Source: the human T2T-CHM13v2.0 reference genome, Homo sapiens
Length of the DNA stretch: 64,000 nucleotides
Assembly (NCBI RefSeq): GCF_009914755.1
Contig: NC_060944.1
Strand: one strand, 5' to 3'
Shown: piece by piece, positions 31,015-49,244 of the stretch
Layout: every line of letters starts with the position of its first letter
How positions within the stretch are numbered: position 1 is the first letter of the stretch
Program-made: the position numbers and the translations under genes
The notes under the pieces: generated by a model
Told to the model about the DNA's origin: nothing
Seen by the model: the letters and a program-made list of their open reading frames with translations, nothing else
Databases searched by the model: none

Positions 31015-32738
31015 GTCTTGTAAGAAAGGATGACAAAGTGATTGAACATTGGGTGGAGCTAATTTTCCTTGGCCAATTCACTTAGTAAGATAAGGAGCTC
31101 CAAATTATATTTAAGTTGGGAGTCAATTGATTTTACTTAATTCTTGTGAGGTTCAGTTATAAGATTCATCATACTACTACCATGAGCCATCCTCAGCTCC
31201 TTGTTACATGGGCCTGTTAACATGGCAGCTTTGTCTATAAGCAAACCCAGGAGAGAAAGACATAGCAGAGATGGATGTTTGAAGTCTATACCTTCCACCC
31301 CCTTTAAAGAGAAAGTAACACCACTCCTTTTCTGTGTCCCTTGGGGACACTACCTCCATGTCTGGTCACATGGCTGGACTTTACAGCAGATAAGCATACT
31401 GTGGCCTGAGACCATGATTGTATGCTTTCCTTCTGCTGACCTTTACAATCCCTCAATAAATTGAGCTAACACAGGGAAGCTTTTTTACCAAATAACTGTG
31501 TTGCATCATCCTCCAGTTTGCCTGGTGTCCTTAATCAATGGAAGGGGAATAAGCAAACTGAGTTTTCTTACACCTTTTGAGTATAGTGTTTTTGCCATCA
31601 TAGATGTGGCTCCTCATAATTCTCCAACTTTTATATTAAAAAACCAAAACCTCAAAAATTGTAGTTCATGTCAGTCAGTGATGACTCATCTTAGAAGTAT
31701 TTTGTTTTTGGATGTGTGAATGTGCATAGTTCTTAAAGTCCAACATTCATGTAATAAGACATCTTGCATATAACAATGACCCTTACGTCTAAGATGTTAA
31801 ATAGATCCTAAGCCTGGTATAACTTTATTCAAGTATCCTTATTTGCCCCTAAAATGTCTTTAATACACATTACTTGGGTTATCTCTTGAATGAACATACA
31901 GGTATCCCAATTTCTGTTTTTAAGAGAATGGGGTCTTGCTCTGTCACCCAGGCTGGAGTGCAGTGGTGCAATCATGGCTTACTGCATCCATGATCCTCCT
32001 GCCTCAGCCTCCCAAGTAGATGGGACTGAAAGCACACACTGCCATCCCTGGCTAATGTTTTCATATTTTGTAGAGTTGCAGCCTTGCTACGTGACCCAGG
32101 CTGGAGTGTAGTAGCTATTCACAGGCATGATTGCTTGAAACTCATGGCTTCAAGGGAAACTCCCACCCTCAATATCCTCAGTAGCTGCAACTACAGCCAT
32201 ACCCCCCACTGCTCAGCTTCTCATCCTTTAAAAGATTTTTACTGGTAGTGTCCTCATTCTGGGTTTTTGTCTTCTGTGTTTACTGTGACATGAAGTCATT
32301 TTTAGATGAAGGTTAAACATTTTGCCAACGCAGGTACAATATGGGATTCAATAAAAGTACAGAATTAAAGTTGTCTTATTAGAGATTGGGAAGTTTCCCA
32401 GCTCCGTTTATCGGTACTTGGCCGTACCGATAAAGGGGATGGACTTGGAGTGACCAGGTCTTAGTCACATATATTTTCATACCCTAAACAAGAAGCGGTA
32501 TAGACCAGAATGGAGCACTGATTGTAATCCACCTTCTTTCTTAGAAACTGGCGATGGAATATGAGAGGAGCCCTCTGGAAAGAAAAGGACAGACCCTGTG
32601 CTTTCATGAAAGTGAAGATCTGGCTGAACCAGTTCCACAAGGTTACTGTATACATAGCCTGAGTTTAAAAGGCTGTGCCCACTTCAAGAATGTCATTGTT
32701 AGACTTTGAAATTTCTAACTGCCTACCTGCATAAAGAA

Positions 32739-32744
32739 AATAAA
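32739..32744 (+). terminator. Polyadenylation signal of the ZFAS1 last exon
   Basis: AATAAA followed about 20 nt later by GT/T-rich sequence (tgctgttttgtttgg). Confidence 0.75.
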
Positions 32745-33217
32745 ATCTTTTAAATCAAAATGCTGTTTTGTTTGGCCATTGGAGATAACCATTGAACAGG
32801 GATAACAAGTAGTAGTTAGGTATTTGCAGTTTCATTTGGTTTTAGTTTTTTGAGGGGAGAATCACCCTAGTGGGCAGTTGGTTTCTGTGGGCAAAGCCTG
32901 CTTTCCACAGGTATTGTGCCTCGTGATTGGCTTCTGCATTGGAAACCTAAGAATAAGCAAGCACACTTGGGCCAGAATTCAAAGCAGAGGGTCAATACAG
33001 AGGTATCTCACTTGTATGCTTACACCTGCACAAGATCGTGTATGTTAAATCGTGGGTATTAGGCCTTAATGGTTGCATGAGATGAGTAAGGATGATGTGG
33101 GCTATGGTATTTGTTTATAAACTTCATAGGAAATTGCAAAAATAGGCTGCATCATTTATCAATATGTGATGATTTTTTATTTAAAATACACAGTGAATAA
33201 TTTTTTAAGTATCTTAA

Positions 33218-33446
<229 letters not shown>

Positions 33447-35038
33447 TAGCCAGGATGGTCTTGATCTCCTGACCTTGTGATCTGCCCACTTCGGCCTCCC
33501 AAAGTGCTGGGATAACAGGCATGAGCCACTGCGCCCAGCCTGGGACCTCTAGATTTCTAAAACGACTCCTGGTATTGACTCAGAATCCCCTCCCCTTGAC
33601 TAGGCTGGACCTAGTGTAACTTCTGAGACTTGCTAGCTCTTTTTCTCATTCTCCTTGGCTTGCTCACTTTTTTTTTTTTTTTTTGAGATCTCAGCTCACT
33701 GCAACCTCCGTCCCCTGGGTTTAAGCAAATTCTCCTGCCTCACCCTCCCGAGTAGCTTGGATTACCACGCCTGGCTAATTTTTGTATATTTAGTAGAGGG
33801 GGTTCACCATGTTGGCCAGGCTGGTCTTGAACTCCTGACCTCAAGTGATCTGCCTGCGTCAGCCTCCCAAAGTGTTGGAATTACAGGCGTGAGCCACCAC
33901 GCCTGGCCTAGCTTGCTCACTTTTAATTAAGCTGCCATGTTGGGAGAGGCCAGCGTAGCAATCAACTGAGGTTGAACCATTAGTGTGGGAGGAGTTACCC
34001 AACAACCATGTGAGTTTGTAAGCACGTCTTTCTGTAGCGGAGGCTTGATGACTACCACCCCAGCAGACCTCTCGGAGATGCTTGTGAGAAACCCTGAGAG
34101 CGGACCCACCCAGATTGTGCTTGGATTTCTGACCTATGGGAAATGTATTTCAAGCCACTAGGTTTTGAGATAACTTGCTACAAAGCAGTAAATTCACAAC
34201 TCTATAATGCCCACTCTAAAGGTCCTGACATGGGCATCTCCATTACCTAAGTCAACTGATGCTACTTCAATTTCTCCACGTAGCATTTGAAGCGTTTATG
34301 TCTGGCCCCAGCCTACATTTTCAGACTTATTTGTGCATTTGACTTAACATGTCCAAAACTAAATGCCTGATGCTTCACTCACCTAACCCCATTCCCTGCA
34401 AGTCTGTGCTTCCTGCGATCTTCCCTTCCCAGGTATTGGCAACACCAGAAGTCCAGTTGGTCAGGAGCTGTGGAATCAACCTCATGTACCATGTGAATCC
34501 CTTGGCAAATGCTATTGGTTCTACCTTCAAAATACATCTGAAACCCACCCCCTCTTAGCGTCTTCATTGCTACCACCTTGGTACAAACCATCAAACAAGC
34601 TTGGAATACTGGTCTCTACTTCAGCCTTTGCTCCCTACGATCAATTGAGATGCAACCAGAGCGATCTGTGAAAACCTGAATTAGGTATGGAGCTCTCTGC
34701 TCAGAAGCCTCCAGTGTCTTCCCCACCTCACACAGTAAAAGCCAAAGTCCATCAGGGCCTACATGATCTTCCCCTTCCCTTAACCTCTAACTTCATCTCT
34801 TCCCTTTCAATCTTAGCCACATGGGCCCCCTGACTTCTCCATTCCTTTAGGATTACTCCAACCTCAGTATCTTAGCACTTGATTTTCCCACTGCCTGGAA
34901 TGATCAGCCCTAGACCCCCAGAGCTTTGCACAGCCCTCTGCCTTGTGTCATTCAGGTATTTGCTCTCACTCCCTCTGGGGAACTGTCTAATCATCTCTAT
35001 CACTTTCTATTCCCTTATCTTGTTTTTTATTTTTTTAA

Positions 35039-35185
<147 letters not shown>

Positions 35186-36314
35186 TAGTATATACATGCA
35201 TGTACATATACATCTATGTATATGTGTATATATAGTTTGTCATACAGCTGTTAAGTGGCAGAGCATGCATTTGATTCTGTCAGTCTGCTCTTGTATTTGT
35301 GGGGTGTTTGTTTTGTTTTTTGAGACGGAGTCTTGCTGTGTCCCCCAGGCTGGAGTGCAATCTCAGCTCCCTATAACCTTCGCCTCTTGGGTTCAAGGGA
35401 TTCTCCTGTTTCAGCCTCCTGAGTAGCTGGGATTACAGAAGCCTGCACGGTGCCCCTTAATTTTTGTATTTTTAGTAGAGGTGGGGTTTCACCATGTTGG
35501 CCAGACTGGTCTCGAACTCCTGACCTCAAGTGATCCACCTGCCTAGGCCTCCCAAAGTGCTGGGATTACAGGCATGACCCACTGTGCCTGGCCTGGCACT
35601 TGTATTTGTAACCCTTGGCTTAATTGCAACATGTTACTTCAATGCAGTCTAATGGATACAGGAAGGAGATAATTTCTGGCTCTTAAAAGCTCAAATGCTT
35701 TTGCTGGACTTCTGTGTTGATGAGATACCACTGAGGTCAGAAATGGCCCCAAATACCTGCCAGCCAGGGGCCAGAGAAGCTTCCTGGAGAACTCCCAGCC
35801 ACACCCATAGTCTCAGCTTTGCTGTTGCTTCTCTGAGCTCCAAGGCAGTTGTAGGCCTCTAATGATCAAACTATTGGCAACCCGTCTCTAGCTTTAGCTC
35901 CTACCAGTCCCACCAAACATTTGATGCTTCAGTCTCGTTTTACCTCTTTGTCTTATTGACTGAGGAGTCCTTTCCTTCTATAAGCTTCAGTTTCCTCATC
36001 TGTGAAATGAGGTTTATTGGGTGCTTGCCACGTGCCAATATTGTGCTATTATCTCATTTAATCTATACCCCAACTCTGTTATTACCCTATTTTATAGATA
36101 GCAAAACAGGTTCAGGGAGGTTTGGTGAGTTCATGTACCTTGAAGGTGGTTCTTGAAAGCTGGGATGTGAACCAGTACTATCCTAGGCCCCTAATTTCCA
36201 AGGGCCTTTGCTTATGACCCTCACCAACTGCATGGGTAAAAGCACAAGCATGGCCAGGCGCGGTGGCTCACGCCTGTAATCCCAGCACTTTGGGAGGCCG
36301 AGCCGGGCAGATCA

Positions 36315-36497
<183 letters not shown>

Positions 36498-36866
36498 CTA
36501 CACCTTGACAATGGAGTGAGACTCCATCTCAAAATAAAAACAAAACAAAAACAAAGAAAAACCCACACAAGCATTTCTGGAAAGCTGTGGGAAAAAATAA
36601 GAGATTCACAATGTCTTCCAGAATTTTAGCTGAGAGGTGGTGGTATTATCTCCCCCATACCCCACTACTCATTTTCTGGGAACAGAGCAGTTTTACAAAT
36701 GGTTTGGAGCTTGGGCTTATTCCCAGCTCCTGGCAGACAGCAGTAACTTCCCCAGATCTCCTATCTGTAAAGTGGGCATAACATGTCTTTCCTCCTGGAG
36801 TTACTGTGAGGATCAAGTGAGGCAATGTGTCCTCTAAATGCTTGACCACAGGGTTAGGTCAGTAAT

Positions 36867-37917
36867 TGTTGCGGGAAGTCAGGGACCCCAAACGGAGGGA
36901 CCGCCTGAAGCCATGACAGAAGAACGTGGATTGTGAAGATTTTATGGACATTTATTAGTTCTCCAAGTTAATACTTTTGTAATTTCTTACGCCTGTCTTT
37001 ACTGCAATCTCTAAACGTAAATTGTAAAGATTTCATGGACTTCCCCAATCAATACCCTTGTGATTTCCTATGCCTGTCTTTACTTTAATCTCTTAATCCT
37101 GTCAGTTGAGGAGGATGTATATCGTTCCAGGACCCTGTAATAATTGCGTTAACTACAAAAATTGTACAGCATGTGTGTTTGAGCAATATGAAATGTGGGC
37201 ATCCTGAAAAAAGAACAGGATAACAGCAATTGTTCAGGGAATAAGAGAGATAACCTTAAACTCTGACTGCTGGTGAGCCGCGCAGAACAGTCATATTTCT
37301 CTTCTTTCAAAAGCAAATGGGAGAAATATCGTTGAATTCTTTTTCTCAGCATGGAACATCCCTGAGAAAGAGAATGTGCACCTAGGGATAGGTATCTGAA
37401 CTGGCCCCACCGGGGCGTACCTGTCTCTTATGGTCGAGATTGCAGAGGTGAAATAAACTCCGGTCTCCCATAGCGCTCCCAGGCTTATTAGGAAGAGGAA
37501 ATTCCTGCCTAATAAATTTTGGTTGATCTCAAAACCCTGTCTCCTGATAAGATGTTATCAATGACAATGGTGCCCGAAACTTCATTAGCAATTTTAATTT
37601 CGCCTCGGTCCTGTGGTCCTGTGATCTCGCCCTGCCTCCACTTGCCTTGTGATATTCTATTACCCTGTTAAGTACTTGATGTCTGTCACCCACGCCTATT
37701 CACACACTCCCTCCCCTTTTGAAAATCCCTAACAAAAACTTGGCTGGTTTTTGTGGCTTGTGGGGCATCACGGATCCTACCAACGTGTGATATCACCCCC
37801 GGACGCCCAGCTTTAAAATTTCTCTCTTTTGTACTCTGTCCCTTTATTTCTCAAGCCAGCTGATGCTTAGGAAAATAGAAAAGAACCTACGTGATTATCA
37901 GGGCAGGTCCCCCGATA
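36867..37917 (+). mobile_element. Solo MER11 LTR (HERV-K11/HML-8)
   Basis: Starts TGTTGCGGGAAGTCAGGGACCCC and ends GGGCAGGTCCCCCGATA. 6-bp TSD AGTAAT at 36861-36866 and 37918-37923, as expected for a betaretroviral insertion. Confidence 0.9.
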
Positions 37918-38350
37918 AGTAATAGTCATCTTCATCCGAGTGAAAAGGAATAAACTAGTGATTGTGCAACAACTTGGATGAACCCCAGAGATGCGATGCT
38001 GACTGAGGGAAGCCAGCCTCAAATGGTTACATGCTGTGTGATTCCATTTATTTGACATTCTGGAAAAGACAAAGGTATGATGAAGGGAAGAGATGATGGT
38101 GTTGCCAGAAGTTAGGATGGGTGGCGGATGTGGATGTAAAGGGATCGCACAAGGAAGTGTTTGGGGTGTCATGATTGCCGTAGTGGTTATATGAATGTAC
38201 TGGGCCAGGCATGGTGGCTCACGCCTGTAATCCCAGCACTTTGGGAGGCCCAGGTGGGTGGATCACCTGAGGTTAGGAATTTGAGACCACCCCGGCCAAC
38301 ATCGTGAAACCCCATCTCTCCATCTCTACTAAAAATACAAAAATTAGCTA

Positions 38351-38735
<385 letters not shown>

Positions 38736-38939
38736 TAAATTTTTTTAGAGATAGGGGTCTCACTATGTTGCTGGAGTTGATCTCAAACTCCTGGTCTCAA
38801 GTGATCCTCCTGCCTCACCCTCCGAAAGTGCTTTTTAAAAATGTTAAAAACAAACATAGGCTCTGGAGCTAGACTTGGGTTTAAATCCCGGCTCTGTTAT
38901 GTATTAGCCATTGGCTCAATCTTCTTTTTCTTTTCCTAG

Positions 38940-39280
38940 ATTTTGCCTGCCTGAGCTCCTCTAGTAGTGGCCACAATTGCCAGAGAAGATAGAGCAGGTC
39001 TCTCCCAGGACTTGCAGCTCCAGCCTGTGTCTGCAAGGTGTGTTGTAGCGACTGATTTCTCCAGCCCATGGCAAGAGGCCTTCATCTTGTGCCTGGAAAG
39101 AGGGAAGTACAAGTCCGTCTGGCAGAGATGGTGCAGATGGGCAAGTTTTTCAGACACTGCAGCCAGCACTTCTGGGACCGCAGCAGTGGAGCCTGCAGAG
39201 GGCCGGTTCTCCAGGCATGGGCTACTGACATTGTCACTTCCAGACTCCTTATGCAATAAACAACCCCTAAACAGATTTAT
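38940..39280 (+). ncRNA. Candidate distal alternative last exon (probably of ZFAS1)
   Basis: Long pyrimidine tract cttctttttcttttcctag| at 38939, ~320 nt of non-repetitive sequence, AATAAA at 39255-39260. Confidence 0.45.
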
Positions 39281-39603
39281 TCACAATTTCTCCATCCTAA
39301 CAAGTCAGTGATCAGTTTTCACTTTTCCACATTCCCTTCTGTCCCCATTATGTTCCCATAGTGGGGCAGCTTCTACCTGCATGGTTGGAGCTTCCCATTT
39401 TTAAAGAGGCAAGAAATCCTTTAAAGTTCTTTGAAATGTTTGTAGCCTGTTCCAATTTTATAAACTGTGAAGACTGAGCAACACACAATGCATGGGCCTC
39501 ATATGGCCTGGAGGCCACCAGTTGGAGACCTCTGTAGCTTGAGCTGTGTCCCTTTCAGCACTGTTCTTGTCATTCCTGAGCTGGGATGCCCCCTGAAACA
39601 TAG

Positions 39604-39858
<255 letters not shown>

Positions 39859-40543
39859 TGATCTGCCCGCCTCGGCCTCCCAAAGTGCTGTGATTACAGG
39901 TGTGAACCACTGCGCCCGGCCGATGGCAATCATTCTTTAAGATGCAGCCTCCGTGGACCTCGTACCTTCTCAGTAATTTCCATATTCTTTGCTGACTTGG
40001 GTTTTTCCTCCAAAATTGTCTGGGAGAAATTGAGGTTTGTGGAGTTTCCTGATGGCTAGTTTCCAAACTGGCTTCAAAGCCTGGGCTTGTGGAATTGGCT
40101 GGGTCTGCGGCCAGCCTAACCCATCCTTCGGTCACAGTCTCCCATGGTCCTGATATTAATTCATCACAGGTCTGTTTAGAAGGTGGCAGAAACAGACGGT
40201 CTTGGGCTTATTTATATCTGTGGCTTTTTTTAAAAGACAGAAAAGGAGAAATCTGGATCCTTTCCTTGTCAGCCTCCTTTAACTAAATGGTCTTTTGCTA
40301 AAATAGACTGGCCCCACTGTGTGGGTAGGAAGGGTTGAGATGGGAGTGGGCCAAGTGAGTGAGAACTTTTTTTTTTTGCCTTGATGTTAAAATGGCAGCA
40401 TGTGCAGTCTTCTGCCTCTGCCCAGGTTGACCTGATGTTTTTACAGGGAGAGAGGCTGCTTGTTGAGTGTGGTGGTATTTATCATAGTGTATGTTAGGCT
40501 GCCTCAAACATCCCTCGCTGTCGTACCTTTCAGCCAACTCTAA

Positions 40544-40864
<321 letters not shown>

Positions 40865-41940
40865 TGATCTCTCCTGGGCTCAAGCGATCCTCCTGCCTCA
40901 ACCTCCCAAAGTATTGGGATTACTGGTGTGAGCCACCATTATATGTTTTAAATAATTTATTCCTCACCTCAAGTGAGTGAGGTAACATCCCAGTTTTACA
41001 GACAAGGAAACAGATTGGGCAGGGGAAGTGACTTGCCTCAGATGCACAATAAATGGCTCTGCCAGTGTCTTCCTTAGCGCCTCCGATCCCCTTCTCACCC
41101 TTGTCCTCTCTGCTCCTCTCTGCTCAATGCTCCTGGGAGCGTGAACTGCATTAATGGCTCCTTGTCTGGTGGCCTCAAGGTTCCCCAGGAGGCAGGGAGG
41201 GTGAGGCTGAGATGTGTGCTCCCCTAAGGCACATGCCTCAGCCTGGCTGCCTCTGTCTAAGGCCACAGCCCCTCAAGTGCTTCCCCACCTGACTTTCTGG
41301 GCTCTGGTAACCGCTTCCTGCCTGCCCCATCAGGTGTAGGGGGTGCTTCATGGGTCAACATTAGCTTATGTGGTTTCCTTATATCCTGGGCGCACCTTTG
41401 TTAGTCTCAAATTACATTCTGCTTGAACTATTCTCTATCCAGTGGGTTGTGACTATCCAGAGGCAGAGTTGGGATTTGAACCCCAAGACTTCAAAATAAG
41501 CTCTGTGCAAATGGCCTCCCAGAGCTGCCTGCTGGTTTCTTCTGCGAGGCCTGGCTTCTCCATTTTGGCTTGGACCATGGCCTGCTGTCATTTCCACAAC
41601 AGTTGCAGGAAGTTGCCAAATGCGTTTTCTGTGACTGCCAGGCTGGTGACCCTGTTAAAAACAAAGCAACAACAAAAAAAGCAATTTCTTCAATTAAAAT
41701 TACAAAACAGAAAAAAAAAAAGATGTCACACTTGGGGGAAGCTGGTTGAAGTGTACTTGATATTCTACATACTATTTTCGCAGTTCTCTGTGAATCAATA
41801 GTTATTTCCAAATAAAATGTTAAAAAAAACTTTATTACTAAATCAGAAAAAAACAACAACAAACAACAACAAAAACCAAAGCAGAATATGTGGTGCACTG
41901 TTGAGGGAAGTACAGAAGGATAAAAACAAGAAAATACTGA

Positions 41941-42234
<294 letters not shown>

Positions 42235-42372
42235 TGAGCCACTGCGTCAGGCCACTTCTAGGTCTTTTTCTACATGTTTATATATACACTGTATGTATTC
42301 TTTACCAAAGTGGGATCATACCATAATGCTGTTTTTTTTTTGTTTTGTTTTGTTTTTTGTTTTTGTTTTTAA

Positions 42373-42705
<333 letters not shown>

Positions 42706-43127
42706 TAAATTTCCCATTTGTCCACAAAAGTCCTGTACAGCTGGCAGAGGATATGTGTGACTGGAGGCCATTAGGTCCTTCAGGTTCTTCCAGCCTAGCA
42801 CCACCCTTTCTTCCCCTTTACCATAGGGGCTTGTCCTAGAGAACGTCTCACCTTCTGGATTCATCTGAGTGTTGCCTTCTGGGGGTGTCACTTCATTTGT
42901 TCCTCTGTATCCTGCATCCCCTGTAAATTGGAGAGTCAATCTAAAGTTTTGATAAGATCAAGTTAAATATTTTGGCAAGAAAGCGTCATACATGATGATG
43001 CTGGGCACATCAGGTGACATCACATTTTATATTTAATGGACAAATAAAAGTTGTATATATTTACTGTATACAACACGATGTTTTGGAATATGTATACGTT
43101 GTGGAATGGCTAAATCAAGCTAATTAA

Positions 43128-43316
<189 letters not shown>

Positions 43317-43993
43317 TAGTAGAGACGGGTTTCACCATTTTGCTCAGGCTGGTCTCAAACTCCTGACTTCAGGTGATCTGCCCCCCTCGGCCTCCCAAAG
43401 TGCTGTGATTGCAGGCATGATACTTCACATATTTTTTGTGATAAGAACACAAAATCTCTTGAGCAATTTTTAAGTACACAGTATATTCTTATTGACTATA
43501 GTCACCATGATGTACAATAGAGCTCTTGAAGTTATTCCTCTTGTTTAACTGGAAATTTGTACCCTTTGATCAATATCTCCTGAAAACAATTTTCTCTGCT
43601 TCTCTCTTATGACTTTGACTTATATGTGTAGATGCCACATAGAAGTGATATCTTCCAGCCTGGGCAACAGAGTGAGATTCTGGTTTTGTTTGTTTGTTTC
43701 TTTTTTTTTTTTGGAGACAGTCTCACTCTGTGGCCCAGGATGATCTCGGCTCACTGCAATTCTGCCTCCTGGGCTCAGGTGGTCCTCCCACTTCAGCCTC
43801 CCGAGTAGCTGGGACTACAGGCATGCACCACTACGCCTGGCTAATTTTTGTATTTTTTTGTAGAGATGGGTTTTGCCAGGTTGCCCAGGCTGATCTTGAA
43901 CTCCTGGGCTCAAGCGATCTCCGCCTGCCTAGGCCTCCCAAAGTGCTGGGATTTCAGGCGTGAGCCACCATGCTCAGCTGAGACTGTTTCTAA

Positions 43994-44095
<102 letters not shown>

Positions 44096-44739
44096 TGAGT
44101 AGCTGGGACTACACGTGCCCACCACCACGCCCAGCGAATTTTTGTATTTTTAGTAGAGACGGGGTTTCGCCATGTTAGCCAGGCTGGTCTTCAACTCTCG
44201 ACCTCAAGTGATCCACCTGCCTCGGCCTCCCAAAGTGTTAGGATTACAGGTGTGAGCCACCATGTCTGGCCTCACACAGAATTTTAAAAACACATTTTAA
44301 AAGTGTATTCAAGGGTTGACATGCAATAGAATTAGCAATTTTTACTGCTTTATCAAGGACATTCCTAAGTGAAACTGGCTCTCTTCTTGTTACTGTGGGC
44401 TTGTAGGGGTGAAGAATACAGTGATTACTAATAGAATTAGGTGCCACCACTTTGATTCATGCTAAGGAGCCAGCAGCTTTGTCCTCTGTTGTTTTTGTAC
44501 CATTTAACGCAAATGTCACAGGGGAATGTTAAAAGATAAAGTCTTACTATCATTATGAAAATTCTTGGCCGGGCGCGGTAGCTCACGCGTAATCCTAGCA
44601 CTCTGGGAGGCCGAGGCGGGTGGATCATGAGGTCAGGAGATTGAGACCATCCTGGCCAACACGGTGAAAACCCATCTCTACTAAAAATACAGAAAATTAG
44701 GCGAGCATGGTGGCAGGCGCCTGTAGTCCCAGCTACTCA

Positions 44740-44928
<189 letters not shown>

Positions 44929-45019
44929 CTATAGACTTCATTCAAATGTTGCCAATTTTCCTACTAATATCCTTGTTATGGTCTAAGATCTAACCCAAGA
45001 GCACATTTAAAAAAAATAT

Positions 45020-45870
<851 letters not shown>

Positions 45871-45996
45871 TGAAGAGCTAACGTCGAAACATGTTCTATT
45901 TAGATGTCCTCTCTCCTTAGGCTCTCTCTCTCTCTTTTTGAGGCAGAGTCTCACTCTGTTGCCCAGGCTGTAGTGTGGTGGTGTGATTTCAGCTCA

Positions 45997-46584
<588 letters not shown>

Positions 46585-47069
46585 TCAGCTGCTGAAAAAC
46601 TTGTTCATGATAAACTTGGGACTCAGACACATATAACAGACATCAGTTAAACACTTATCAGAGCTGGACTCATGTTAAAGTAGAATAAAAATGTCAAACT
46701 CCAGACATTTCCATAAACACTCAACATGCTTCATTTGCTTAGGAGGAATTTTCCTCATCTCTAAATCATGGGGTTCCAGTTTCCCAAACTCTCTGCCAGG
46801 AAGGGAAATTGAGCTGGAAAGTGAACCATCAGAGAAAATTAAGCACCCGGCTCCACCCTGAGCTTTATCATTTATCAGTGGAGCCAGCTAGACATTTGGC
46901 AGAAAACGGTGAAAATAACATTTGCCTGTGTGTCTAATGGTTCCATATGCGTTTTGGGTTGGGTGGCATCCAGAAGCAGCTGGGAAAATTCCAGTTGTAT
47001 CAGGCATTCATCTCTTCTCTCTGTGGCTAGCCACTCAGGAAGTCACATGGGTACCTTACTGCTCCCTAA

Positions 47070-47481
<412 letters not shown>

Positions 47482-48198
47482 TGAACTTCACAGAATCTGG
47501 GTTCAAGGCCCATTTCATGCACTAACTGACTCAGCCCTCTCATTTGTAAAAATTTACACCAGTTTCTTACAAAGTGGCAGGTACTTTTTAGCTGTGTGAC
47601 CTTAGGCAAGTGAGTTCACACCTCTGAGCCTTGACTTACTCTGAAAATGGGCATTAATAATACTTATTTGTGGTAGACACTGATGGTTTCTACCCAACAG
47701 TTGTTTTCCCCTCCTGGGTCTTTGCTTCCTTCTCCCATGACAGAAGCAGATGTGGCCAGACCTTCACCTTCCCAACCTCCTCTGCAGCTAATGAATGCAG
47801 CCTAGTTCTGGCCAATGAGATGCATGGAAAAATTGGCTAGGGAGCTTCTGTATGTAGTGCCTGTGATTTTTTGTTTTCACATGATTAATAATATGATTTC
47901 ATGCAGCTATTACTAGATGGGGCCAGGCGTGGTGGCTCATGCCTGTAACCCTAGCACTTTGAGAGGCTGAGGCGGCGAATCACCTGAGGTCAGGAGTTCA
48001 AGACCACCCTGGGCAACATGGTAAAACCCCATTTCTACTAAAAATACAAAAATTAGCTGGGCATGGTGGCACATGCTTGTAATCTCAGCTGCTCAGGAGG
48101 CTGAGGCAGAATTGCTTGTGCCTGGGAGGTGGAGGTTGCAGTGACCCGAGATCACGCCACTGCACTCCAGCCTGGATGACAGAGTGAGACTCTGTCTC

Positions 48199-48230
<32 letters not shown>

Positions 48231-48974
48231 CCTGGGGCTAAATAGAAAGGCCCAGAAAATCCAAAGCATGTGTTCTGCTGTGTAAGTTGGAGCAGTGCTT
48301 TTGGATGCTTCTCAGCTAAAAATGCAGATTCTGGTTCAGTAGGTCTGTGGTGGAGCTTGAGAGATGTTCCTAAGGAGGACCATTTAGGGTTGGCTGATCC
48401 ACCATTTCAACAAGTTCTTCAAGGGCTCAAGATCTCTCCCACTTTTCTCCCTGCCATCCTGGATGGTTGGTGTGCTGTCCCCAGGCTTGTTGTGTGAAGG
48501 TCACAAGGTCAAGGACACAATGCCAGCGACCACACCCAGACATAACTGAACTTTCAAAGGAAGAGGAGCATGTACCCTTCCAGGCATCTCTCTATCAGTG
48601 GAGAAATCTTTCCCCAGGAGCCCATTCTTCTGACCCCCACCCCTCACCCCAGCCAATGGCTGCCGTGTGGCACAAGCCAGGAGTACCATTTTAATAGACT
48701 CTCTGGGAATGTTGTCCCAGAAGTTCTAGCAGCCTTCTCCTCACATCTTATTAGCCAGATGTGTGTCGTGTGCTTCAAGCTTAAGCCAGTCATTGGCAAG
48801 GAGAGTAGAATGACTGTGACTGGCTCAGGCCAGATGTCTCAAAGTGAGGTGCTGGGACCAGCTGTACCTGCATCACATCGCCTGGGAAGCTTGTTAGAAA
48901 TACATATTTTAGGCTGGGCACGGTGGCTCACGCCTGTAATCCCAGCACTTCGGGAGGCCGAGGCGGGTGGATCA

Positions 48975-49244
<270 letters not shown>

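Noticed and set aside
32440-32475. Hairpin followed by ACA as a possible H/ACA snoRNA
   Set aside because: The stems are too short and there is no ANANNA hinge between two full hairpins.
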